Origin: a virus
Lineage: Duplodnaviria; Caudoviricetes
Virus record (IMG/VR): IMGVR_UViG_3300046710_000106
Coordinates: 1 to 32,933 of that record
DNA: 32,933 nt
Strand: one strand, 5' to 3'
Position 1 is the stretch's first letter; every line of letters starts with the position of its first letter. The position numbers were made by a program, and so were the translations under genes. Under the pieces are notes generated by a model. It ran no database searches, was not told the DNA's origin, and was given only the letters and a program-made list of their open reading frames with translations. This document shows, piece after piece, positions 25,496-32,933 of the stretch.

Positions 25496-27858
25496 TGAAG
25501 TTCCTCAAATCAATTACTGAGCTGCTCGCGGATCAAGAAGATCTTACACAAGCACCAGAAGATCAGGATGCTGCGCCAGAAGATCAGGATGACACACCTG
25601 AAGGCGCATCTGAAAAGCGAAAGTTCATTGCAGTGGTAAAGCAAGATGATGGCACGGAGATTGAGAAGAAAGTGAAGGCATTTTCGATCGACGATATCAA
25701 GCACCACTTTGGCAAGAACTTCGTCAGCGCTGAGCTTCACCCAGATGAACAGGGTGAGGAAGCGGAAGATGACGACCAACCTGCTGCTGGTGATGCTGGT
25801 GATGCCGATCTTGAAGAGTCGCTCTTCAAGTCGGTCGTGACGGAAGCATCACTTGGTTCAAGGGTCGGCTTCGACAGCTATGAGGAGTGGGATCTTTCCC
25901 TACCGCCAAAACACACCATGCACAGGGATGGTAAGATTAAGCGCGCTCAAGCGCGTGGTAAGGACTTTGAGGGCGTTGCTGGTCAGTGGGATGAAGAGAA
26001 GATGGAAGGCTGGATCTACACGTACTACCTGAACAAAAAGAACTTGGCCGAAGCCAAGTTCCTGAATTTTCCAACGTTCTATTCATTCTGCTTGCAGCAC
26101 GGAGTTTCTGAAGACGAGCTCGATGATGTAATTGACAATGCATACGATCAAGACACGGATGAATTCGTGTTGGCCAAAGAGGTGAAGCAAGCTATTGGCA
26201 AGGCTGATATCAAGAGCGCAAAGGAAAAAGCGCTTAAGGCCATTAAGTTTCTCGCGAAGTTCACCATCACTGGAACTGGGGCTGGCGCGAAGAAGGCGCA
26301 GGCATTGGTTGATAAATTCGCTGAAGCGGCGTATAAGCACCTCGTTGCGCATTGGACGGATCTTAATGAAGAAGCTCCCGTTCTAAAAGAGGGTCTTGCA
26401 CAAGACCTCACTAAGGTTCTCAAGGGGCTGGGGTACAAGCTTGATTCAAAAGAATCAACTGCAGGCGAATTAAAATCATGGTGGGTGCACCCATCGCAGA
26501 AGCATGAAATTAGCGCTGCTGCACTTGCAAAAGCGTTAGCGCCGCTTGATCCATCGGTTAAGGCAAAACCAAACTATCAGTTTCCAAAAGCGCAGGAAAT
26601 GAAGAACGCCACTGACACGGGTGGGGATCTCCTTCGAACATCGTTCCAAAACTATGGAACATTATTCGTATCGGTGTACAAGAAAAAAGCACCAGGAAAG
26701 TTGGCAAAGCGGGACATTGAGCACGGGATCGATCCTGATATACGCAATGAAGGGCTCAGCGATTGGAAAAGCCCTGGTGGTCAATCTGTGGCTGAATTGA
26801 CGCGAGGTCTTGCTTCTTATAAACACGACCTGCAAAATGCCTTGCGCGGTGGTGAGTCTGCACAATATGTGAAGAAGGTTCGTGCAAAAATTTCAGAACT
26901 GGAGGCCTTGATTGCGCAGGGCAAAGCCAATGAGGGGTTGACTGAAGGGCTGACACAGCTCGCTGAGATGGCGAAACGCACGAAGCCAGATGACTTCTAC
27001 GCGATGGCAAAAAAGAAGTACGGCGCTGATAAGGTGAAGTCACTGAAGTGGCCTGAGATCGTGGCAGTTGCTAAAGAGAATGATGTTCTGATTCCTCCTT
27101 ACCTGCGCACGCAGAAGGTCGGCCGCGGGTCGTTCAATCTAGTTCCACCTGAGCATGCTGACACCAAGCCAACACCGAAGGAAGAGCCGAAGGCTGAAGC
27201 GCCTAAGGTTGAGCCGAAGAAGGAAGAGTATAAGATGCCGCAGCTCGAGAGCGCCTCATATACTGAGTGGTCGGAATTTTATCGTGAGCTGAAGAAACGG
27301 TTTGGCGACTTTGAACTTGAGCGTGTACCACATGGTGAACAACGCCGTGATCGGCGCGGCACACAGCTCGGTGATAGGCTCTTGATTGACAAGAAGACTG
27401 GCGTAGTCATGGGGGTTTGGGAGGTTACTGGCTCTGACATGATTCCAGGTCGTGGTAATGTTGCATATGGTCGTGGCACCATGGCTCGTGAAAAGCAAGA
27501 GGCACCAAAGGTTGCTCCAAAGCCAGCTGAACGCCGTGCAGGTGGTAACGCCTCTGATGATGAGTTGAAGACCGCGTTGCTTGATGTTGCTTCTGAGATG
27601 AAGCACCACAAAGATAACAAGGGTGCAGATTGGCGCACCACCCCTGAAAAAGAGGGCAAGCGGTACAACATTGAAGTTCGGCATTGGGGTCATTGGGAAG
27701 GTGATGATGGGTCGGGCGACTATGACTATCAAGAGCTCTCACGCACATCATCCAAAGAGATTGCCAGCATCCTCAAGGGTGCTGAACAACGACACAAGAA
27801 TGTGAAGCTCTCCTATGAATCAGGTGAGAAGAATTGGCTGTACATCTACGCTGAATAA
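25495..27858 (+). CDS. Large modular protein, putative internal-head polyprotein
   Basis: 787 aa of unrelated modules separated by LEE/VTE/LAE/LNE/LKE/LTE-type motifs; shares a domain with the AAA+ ATPase. Confidence 0.65.
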   Translation: MKFLKSITELLADQEDLTQAPEDQDAAPEDQDDTPEGASEKRKFIAVVKQDDGTEIEKKVKAFSIDDIKHHFGKNFVSAELHPDEQGEEAEDDDQPAAGDAGDADLEESLFKSVVTEASLGSRVGFDSYEEWDLSLPPKHTMHRDGKIKRAQARGKDFEGVAGQWDEEKMEGWIYTYYLNKKNLAEAKFLNFPTFYSFCLQHGVSEDELDDVIDNAYDQDTDEFVLAKEVKQAIGKADIKSAKEKALKAIKFLAKFTITGTGAGAKKAQALVDKFAEAAYKHLVAHWTDLNEEAPVLKEGLAQDLTKVLKGLGYKLDSKESTAGELKSWWVHPSQKHEISAAALAKALAPLDPSVKAKPNYQFPKAQEMKNATDTGGDLLRTSFQNYGTLFVSVYKKKAPGKLAKRDIEHGIDPDIRNEGLSDWKSPGGQSVAELTRGLASYKHDLQNALRGGESAQYVKKVRAKISELEALIAQGKANEGLTEGLTQLAEMAKRTKPDDFYAMAKKKYGADKVKSLKWPEIVAVAKENDVLIPPYLRTQKVGRGSFNLVPPEHADTKPTPKEEPKAEAPKVEPKKEEYKMPQLESASYTEWSEFYRELKKRFGDFELERVPHGEQRRDRRGTQLGDRLLIDKKTGVVMGVWEVTGSDMIPGRGNVAYGRGTMAREKQEAPKVAPKPAERRAGGNASDDELKTALLDVASEMKHHKDNKGADWRTTPEKEGKRYNIEVRHWGHWEGDDGSGDYDYQELSRTSSKEIASILKGAEQRHKNVKLSYESGEKNWLYIYAE
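25555..25602 (+). repeat. 21-bp in-frame tandem repeat (PEDQDxx)
   Basis: CCAGAAGATCAGGATG at 25555 and 25576, partial third unit. Confidence 0.7.
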
Positions 27859-27864
27859 GCTTCT

Positions 27865-28068
27865 ATGAAAATCAAAGAACTAATCAAGGTCAAGGTTCCA
27901 AACTTGAAGCCACGTGATACACGGGGTCAGGCAGTTCTCGCTGCAAAGCGAAATGCCGGTGGGCCCATGACGTCTAAGGCGGACAAAGTTGGCCGTGCTG
28001 AAAAACATAAAGGCCGTGCGTTCACCATGCATGAAGTCGAGTTGAACACAAAGGAAGAACTTTCATGA
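27865..28068 (+). CDS. Small basic protein
   Basis: Begins MKIKELI; Lys/Arg-rich. Confidence 0.6.
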   Translation: MKIKELIKVKVPNLKPRDTRGQAVLAAKRNAGGPMTSKADKVGRAEKHKGRAFTMHEVELNTKEELS

Positions 28069-28682
28069 AGATCACTGAAGGGTGGATGAACCACAAAGAC
28101 GGCAAATTCACCGCCGATATGTCTGATGTTGAGATGCATGCAAAGGGCGGGAAGGGCATTCATTGTCCTGGCTGCAAGAAGAAGCTCAGCATGAATGACT
28201 TCACGGCCGAGAAGGACCGGGAAAATGACATCACCCTCTGGAAGCACAAGTGCAAGGAGTGCAACGCCGAGCTTAAGATCTTCAATGAGAGTAAGCTAAC
28301 GTTCAAGCAGTTCCTACTCAGCGAAGCCAAGGACGCAAAGAACGCATTTCAGATCCGCGTTGCCTCAGGTGACTGGAAAGATTTGAAGCTGCACTTTGAC
28401 GATCTGAAGGACATCGCGGACCGGATCAATCATCCGCTCCATGGCGCAGGCAAGACTGATCTTGGTGCCCTCACTGGTGTGGTTCAAGATTACATTGGTG
28501 TTGGCCCAGACGGACCAGGTACCTCATGGGATGAGATGGACTTCGATGTGAAGTCACTATCAGACGACGTGCTGAAGGTCACATATACCTTCAGTGGCGT
28601 GAACATGCGTCGGAAAGAGGGTAAGTATGGCACCCCAGTCTCGAAGACCGGCGTCATCACTATCATGCCAGGAAACGAATGA
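28065..28682 (+). CDS. Two-module protein: Zn ribbon plus internal capsid-targeting-like motif
   Basis: CPGC...CKEC, then LTFKQFLLSE. Confidence 0.6.
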   Translation: MKITEGWMNHKDGKFTADMSDVEMHAKGGKGIHCPGCKKKLSMNDFTAEKDRENDITLWKHKCKECNAELKIFNESKLTFKQFLLSEAKDAKNAFQIRVASGDWKDLKLHFDDLKDIADRINHPLHGAGKTDLGALTGVVQDYIGVGPDGPGTSWDEMDFDVKSLSDDVLKVTYTFSGVNMRRKEGKYGTPVSKTGVITIMPGNE

Positions 28683-28882
28683 AGATCGGCGAGTTGATTC
28701 CGCTACAGGGAACTCATTTCCTGTCAAAGACCACGGTGCCGGCCGGTAAGGCGGCAACCGCGGAACTTGGCGTTCTTGGAATCTCCTTCGGCATTAAGCA
28801 ATCAACTGGCGATACATCCCGTCCGGCAGTTAGGATGCCAAAATATAAAACCAACAAGGGTCAAACCCAAGGAGTAAAGTAA
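28679..28882 (+). CDS. Small basic protein
   Basis: Begins MKIGELI; overlapping start/stop at both ends. Confidence 0.5.
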   Translation: MKIGELIPLQGTHFLSKTTVPAGKAATAELGVLGISFGIKQSTGDTSRPAVRMPKYKTNKGQTQGVK

Positions 28883-29331
28883 TGCCGTCAGCAGCACTCG
28901 CACATCTAGCAAAAGCTAGACACATTCCAATGGACCGCGCCGAGCACCTTTGGGACAAGGCCAAGGAGATCGTCTCGAAAGAGTATGGCTCTCGTAAGAA
29001 GGTCAAGGGATACTGGGCCCTCGTTATGGGCATCACGAAGAAGATGATGGGCATGAACGAAGGGCTGTCGTTCAAAGAATACCTGATCGCTGAAGCCATT
29101 GAGCTTGCGGGACCTGATGAAGCTGAAGAGAGCCTTGGATGGTGGATTGCATTTGAGAAGGATGATAAGTGCGGTTGGGGGCCATTTGAAACATACTCTC
29201 AGGCAACGCGTGACCTCAAGAATCACAGCGGATATGGGACACATAGCGTCCCAGCTGAGAAGCTCGTGTTCATTGATCACGGTTGGTGCGATGATGACAA
29301 CATGTTTCATCAGCTAGAGGAAGATAAATGA
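28882..29331 (+). CDS. Two-module hypothetical protein with internal capsid-targeting-like motif
   Basis: AGGAG SD; internal LSFKEYLIAE. Confidence 0.65.
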   Translation: MPSAALAHLAKARHIPMDRAEHLWDKAKEIVSKEYGSRKKVKGYWALVMGITKKMMGMNEGLSFKEYLIAEAIELAGPDEAEESLGWWIAFEKDDKCGWGPFETYSQATRDLKNHSGYGTHSVPAEKLVFIDHGWCDDDNMFHQLEEDK

Positions 29332-29714
29332 GCACCCCGTCTGATTGGGCAAAGCCCGTCGTAAAGTTCAAGAAGCTTGATGACCTGCCAAAGGGGGAGC
29401 CGAACACTGGTGATCAAGTTATGGTCGCAATGCGTGCGCTGTTCAAGATGGTGACACAGCAGAGTGATACGTATGGTGGAAAGAACTCGAAGCTCCTGCC
29501 AGTTGGCATCGCTGAAACCTCTTTGCTGAAATCCTTTCAGAAACTTGATGAGATCTCAACCGCCTCGGTGGATGATGAGATGGAGGCCGCGTATATGGCT
29601 TGCAATCGTCTTCGTCGTCGCGTCGCCGAACTTGGCGACGACGAAGCCATGAACCTATTGTTGGATGTTGTGCAGCACATCAACATCGCGCTGGCAAAAA
29701 CACACGGTAAGTAA
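29328..29714 (+). CDS. Hypothetical protein
   Basis: GAGG SD, ATGA overlap. Confidence 0.6.
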   Translation: MSTPSDWAKPVVKFKKLDDLPKGEPNTGDQVMVAMRALFKMVTQQSDTYGGKNSKLLPVGIAETSLLKSFQKLDEISTASVDDEMEAAYMACNRLRRRVAELGDDEAMNLLLDVVQHINIALAKTHGK

Positions 29715-29742
29715 TGGGCTGGCCGTGCCGGATAAATACCGG

Positions 29743-30321
29743 ATGACCCCCACAATATACTACATCCACGGCTTCAATTCATCGCACCGATCATTCACCT
29801 ATCTTGAATCTTTGATTGCCTCTGAACCTGTGAAGAAGATCGACTATGACTCGAGGAAATCGCTCGAGGAAATTGTTGCCCAGGTCTTAAAGCAGCTCCC
29901 AAAGGACAAACCAATTACATTGGTAGGCCATTCACTTGGAGGGGTTGTCGCCTTACTGCTTGCAGGGCGAAAAAGCGTTCAGGCTGAACGTGTAATCACG
30001 ATCTCATCGCCACTCGGTGGTTCAAAAGCCGCGGTGTTTGCGCGGTGGGTTGTCTCAGGTTTTCCAATCCTCTCTGATATCACCCCGTCGTCGCCAGCCA
30101 TGCGGGAGCTTATGGCTCTCAAAGATGCCCCGCCCGTGCTGTCCATCATCAGCGTAGGCGGGTCCTTACCAACCTCTATGGACCCTAATGACAGCGTTGT
30201 GTCAGTGGCCAGTCAGAAGGCATTTGCCCCGGCTAAAAAGGTTGAGATCAACGCAAACCACTTCGAGATCTTGATGCACGAAAAGACCCTCGAGCATATA
30301 AACAAATTCATCGGAGCATAA
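29743..30321 (+). CDS. Alpha/beta hydrolase (esterase/lipase-like)
   Basis: YIHGFNSS, nucleophile elbow GHSLGG, ND.VV, NHFEI; start moved to ATG 29743. Confidence 0.85.
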   Translation: MTPTIYYIHGFNSSHRSFTYLESLIASEPVKKIDYDSRKSLEEIVAQVLKQLPKDKPITLVGHSLGGVVALLLAGRKSVQAERVITISSPLGGSKAAVFARWVVSGFPILSDITPSSPAMRELMALKDAPPVLSIISVGGSLPTSMDPNDSVVSVASQKAFAPAKKVEINANHFEILMHEKTLEHINKFIGA

Positions 30322-30322
30322 T

Positions 30323-31204
30323 ATGGCAAAGAACCCCAATCTAAAGCGTGCACACGCGACAAGCGAGTACGACGGAGAGAAGATCATTGAGATCCGTCGG
30401 TGTAAGAAGGACCCCATTTACTTCATGGAAAAGTATGTGAAGGTCCAGCACCCAACGCTGGGTACGGTTCCATTCATTCTGTACCCATTCCAAAAAGAGA
30501 TGGTGATGGCAATCCATGAGAACAAGGACACGATCCTACTTTGTTCTCGCCAAATGGGTAAGACCACCGTCGCGGCGATGTACATCCTTTGGTTCGCAAC
30601 CTTCAATCGTGCCAAGCGATGTGTGATCGCATCGAAGGCGATGGCGCACGCTGTTGAGATCCAATCGCGTGTGAAGTTCGCGTACGAGGAGCTTCCAGAA
30701 TGGCTCAAGGCGGGTTGCACGTTCTACAACCGAACCTCCATCGAGTTTGATAACAAATCCGTGATCATCTCCGAAGCCACGTCTGAAAAGACTGGTCGAG
30801 GTTCATCACCATCCATCATCTTTTTGGACGAAATTGCGTTCATCTCGAAGCGCATTCAAGACGAGATGTGGGGCTCGCTCACGCCAGCACTGTCTACTGG
30901 TGGTAAGTTCGTGATCACCTCAACACCGAACGGCGACTCAGATCTGTTTGCAACCCTTTGGCGTGGCGCGAACTCTGGTCAGAACTCATTCAAGCCGTTG
31001 CAGTTCCTATGGTGGCAGCACCCAGACCGTGACAAGAAGTACTATGACGAGATGGTCGGTAAACTTGGTCCGATCAGGGCCAGGCAAGAGTTGGATTGCC
31101 TCGGGTCGATGACATTGCTAAATACATCTATCGGAACATTAACGGTAGAGGATCTGTATGCCCATCTTGAACAAACCCAATCAGAAAGCACGGTATGTGC
31201 TTAG
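30323..31204 (+). CDS. terL: Terminase large subunit ATPase half fused to split-intein N-fragment
   Basis: DPIYF, SRQMGKTT (Walker A), IIFLDE (Walker B), TSTPNG; ends RQELD|CLGSMTLLNTSIGTLTVEDLY...*. Confidence 0.92.
   Translation: MAKNPNLKRAHATSEYDGEKIIEIRRCKKDPIYFMEKYVKVQHPTLGTVPFILYPFQKEMVMAIHENKDTILLCSRQMGKTTVAAMYILWFATFNRAKRCVIASKAMAHAVEIQSRVKFAYEELPEWLKAGCTFYNRTSIEFDNKSVIISEATSEKTGRGSSPSIIFLDEIAFISKRIQDEMWGSLTPALSTGGKFVITSTPNGDSDLFATLWRGANSGQNSFKPLQFLWWQHPDRDKKYYDEMVGKLGPIRARQELDCLGSMTLLNTSIGTLTVEDLYAHLEQTQSESTVCA
31097..31204 (+). mobile_element. Split intein N-fragment (IntN, 35 aa)
   Basis: Cys1 block-A motif CL..xT.L.T..G..TVEDLY followed by a stop. Confidence 0.85.
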
Positions 31205-32297
31205 TCTAATTGACAACAAAGAATATTGTAAGTCAACTGGAAAGTTTAATTTGCACCTTAAGGCAAATAACATTACAGAAGAAGAGTATGTTTCTAGGTA
31301 TGAAGGCGGAAAAATTTTAACGTGTCTGCACTGTGGAACTAAACATCTCTTTGATAAAGGAACTTGGCAATGGGCTGAGACCTGCCATATCCAAAAATGC
31401 GTAGGATCTAAATGGCAGCAGACCTGGGTTCAGAAAGATCCTAAAGAACATGGAGCTAAGTCGGGTGCATGGCGTAATGATCCTGTTAAGAAAGCGGAAG
31501 TGTCAAAGATTGTACATGAAGCAAATCTACGAGTTGGCGCGGATGGATTAACTGGATATGAACGAACGAAACTAAAGCGAGAAGCTATTTTAAAAGCACG
31601 AACAGGAAATAAGTTCGATGCTGGGTGGGATAAGATGCGAAGTACTTGGAAGTCTGCATCCACTGAACACCGTAAGAACCATGGCGAGAAAATTAAAGAG
31701 GGTGTGTTAGAAAAGCATGGCGTTGAATACGTTATGCAGGTTCCGGAGATCTTAGAAAAACAGAAGAGGACATTAAATCGCCCAGAAGAACGGGCACGAC
31801 GTAGTAAACAATGCTCTGATATGATGCTAGAGATAATTGCAGATCCAGTTAGATATATGCAGGTTTATGAAAAACGCTGTGCTACAAATTTAACGAGATA
31901 TGGGCATGAAAATCCACTAGCAGCAGGTAAAGCGTCTAAACAAAGTCAACACCTTTTCCAACGCATTTATGACATAACTGGAAATGGTAAATTTCATAAT
32001 AAAGGCGGTGAACTGCGAATTGGTACTTTTTATGTCGACTTTGTTTATGGATTAAAGGTTATTGAATACAACGGTGATTACTGGCATGCAAATCCAGCAA
32101 TATACGAAGCAGAAAATATTGTTAAGTTCAGACATAAAACAGCGGCAGCAAAAACAATCTGGAAACGTGATACGAAACGACTAGAGTTTATCAGATCAAT
32201 GGGGTATGCGGTCAAGATCATTTGGGAATCAGATTTCAAAAAGAACCCAGAACAAACAGTACAGGAATGCATATCATGGTTGAACGAATCGAAATAA
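31158..32297 (+). CDS. Vsr-like (EDxHD / DUF559-type) homing endonuclease
   Basis: YVDFVYGLKVIEYNGDYWHAN...KRD..R...GYAVKIIWESD; KHGVEY and RYGHENP repeats; visibly AT-richer; overlaps both TerL halves. Confidence 0.85.
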   Translation: MPILNKPNQKARYVLSLIDNKEYCKSTGKFNLHLKANNITEEEYVSRYEGGKILTCLHCGTKHLFDKGTWQWAETCHIQKCVGSKWQQTWVQKDPKEHGAKSGAWRNDPVKKAEVSKIVHEANLRVGADGLTGYERTKLKREAILKARTGNKFDAGWDKMRSTWKSASTEHRKNHGEKIKEGVLEKHGVEYVMQVPEILEKQKRTLNRPEERARRSKQCSDMMLEIIADPVRYMQVYEKRCATNLTRYGHENPLAAGKASKQSQHLFQRIYDITGNGKFHNKGGELRIGTFYVDFVYGLKVIEYNGDYWHANPAIYEAENIVKFRHKTAAAKTIWKRDTKRLEFIRSMGYAVKIIWESDFKKNPEQTVQECISWLNESK

Positions 32298-32599
32298 TTG
32301 AGAACACCCTTGGCATTACGGTAGATGGTAAATCATTTACACACATGCGTCGAAAATGGTGTAATGAACTTGTACAATTCTACTTATCAAACGGTGAAGA
32401 ACTTCGTTGCACAAGAACACACCGTATTAAATCAGACAATGGCACATTTGTTTTTGCTGAAGACGTCGTAAAGGACGAGGTGTTTAGCACTGGGGTGTAC
32501 GTACAGGATGTGTTCATAAACCCATATGACGGGTGGGTATATGATCTTGTTGAGATTGAAGATCACGAGTTTAACACCGCTGGAGTGGTGTCGCACAAC
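32276..32599 (+). mobile_element. Split intein C-fragment (IntC, ~108 aa)
   Basis: Block B TxxH (CTRTH), block F VYDL, block G VVSHN followed by Cys+1 (TGT 32600-32602). Confidence 0.9.
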
Positions 32600-32933
32600 T
32601 GTGAGTTCCTCTCAAGTGATGCACTGTTGATTAATTCAATTCGACTAAATCAGATTCGTGCAGTCCCACATCTATGGGAGTCCGTTGGATTCAAGTTCTG
32701 GGTTCCAGAAGAATCACTTGGTGGTCGAGACAAGATCTACATGGTCTCCATGGACCCAGCAACCGGAAGCGGTAAAGACTATTCGTCAATTGAGGTCTTT
32801 GACTTTCCAGGGCTGAATCAGATTGCTGAGTACCGTACAAATGACGTGAACATTCCGATGCTCTATGGTAAGCTCAGCTGGTTGCTACGTAAGCTCACTG
32901 AGTTGAAGTATGATGGGCGTGCCGAGGTGCTTT
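32276..32933 (+). CDS. terL: Split-intein C-fragment fused to TerL nuclease half (partial, runs off the window)
   Basis: Manual translation: MVERIEIIEN...LRCTRTHRI...VYDLVEIEDHEFNTAGVVSHN|CEFLSSDALLI...YMVSMDPATGSGKDYSSIEVF; AGGA SD upstream. Confidence 0.9.
   Translation, partial: MVERIEIIENTLGITVDGKSFTHMRRKWCNELVQFYLSNGEELRCTRTHRIKSDNGTFVFAEDVVKDEVFSTGVYVQDVFINPYDGWVYDLVEIEDHEFNTAGVVSHNCEFLSSDALLINSIRLNQIRAVPHLWESVGFKFWVPEESLGGRDKIYMVSMDPATGSGKDYSSIEVFDFPGLNQIAEYRTNDVNIPMLYGKLSWLLRKLTELKYDGRAEVL

Larger units (their letters stand above)
1913..31124 (+). promoter_or_regulatory. Dispersed set of T4-like late promoter motifs (C)TAAATA
   Basis: TAAATA at 1915, 6001, 8675, 10631, 11436, 16424, 18643, 19295, 20091, 21284, 23058, 25258, 29733 and 31119; most lie 19-33 nt upstream of a start codon (T4 late consensus TATAAATA). 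Confidence 0.8.

Noticed and set aside
66-32272. Numerous minus-strand and alternate-frame ORFs in the track (e.g. 5165-5695, 14669-15229, 12649-13137)
   Set aside because: They overlap well-supported + strand genes and show no motifs; treated as shadow ORFs.
31202-32275. Stop-codon readthrough or TAG recoding joining IntN to IntC, which share a reading frame
   Set aside because: The TAG is followed three codons later by an in-frame TGA (31211-31213), and TAG ends other genes normally (e.g. 8259, 22991).
31158-32297. Group I intron interrupting terL
   Set aside because: The endonuclease ORF overlaps both flanking ORFs, leaving no non-coding room for a ribozyme core, and I could not recognise core elements; IntC has its own SD and ATG. 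A covariance-model search would be the formal test.
1-32933. tRNA, rRNA, CRISPR arrays, transposases, integrases, reverse transcriptase or DGR
   Set aside because: No cloverleaf, regularly spaced repeats or diagnostic motifs seen; intergenic gaps are short.

Overview
A segment of a large T4-related (probably jumbo) myophage genome, almost entirely on the + strand. It opens with the last codons of the major capsid gene. Next is an accessory region: an HNH endonuclease, a membrane-anchored GGDEF diguanylate cyclase, two MazG-like NTP pyrophosphohydrolases, a Nudix hydrolase and a DEDDh exonuclease. The late morphogenesis block follows: gp13-, gp14- and gp15-like neck proteins, tail sheath, tail tube, a tube-like baseplate protein, a gp4-like nuclease, a possible TerS and TerL. 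Main observations: (1) TerL is fractured by an atypically split intein (35-aa IntN, ~108-aa IntC) around an out-of-frame Vsr-like homing endonuclease, and the IntC/TerL-C ORF is missing from the supplied ORF track. (2) About ten ORFs carry T4 internal-protein-like capsid-targeting motifs and (L/I)xE protease-like sites, among them a ParB-fold protein, an amidoligase, an AAA+ ATPase and a probable polyprotein sharing a domain with that ATPase. (3) The diguanylate cyclase is bounded by 8-bp direct repeats. (4) I found 14 TAAATA late-promoter motifs, several in the 5' arm of hairpins that would occlude the downstream translation start. All family assignments come from motif recognition by eye; no database search was run.
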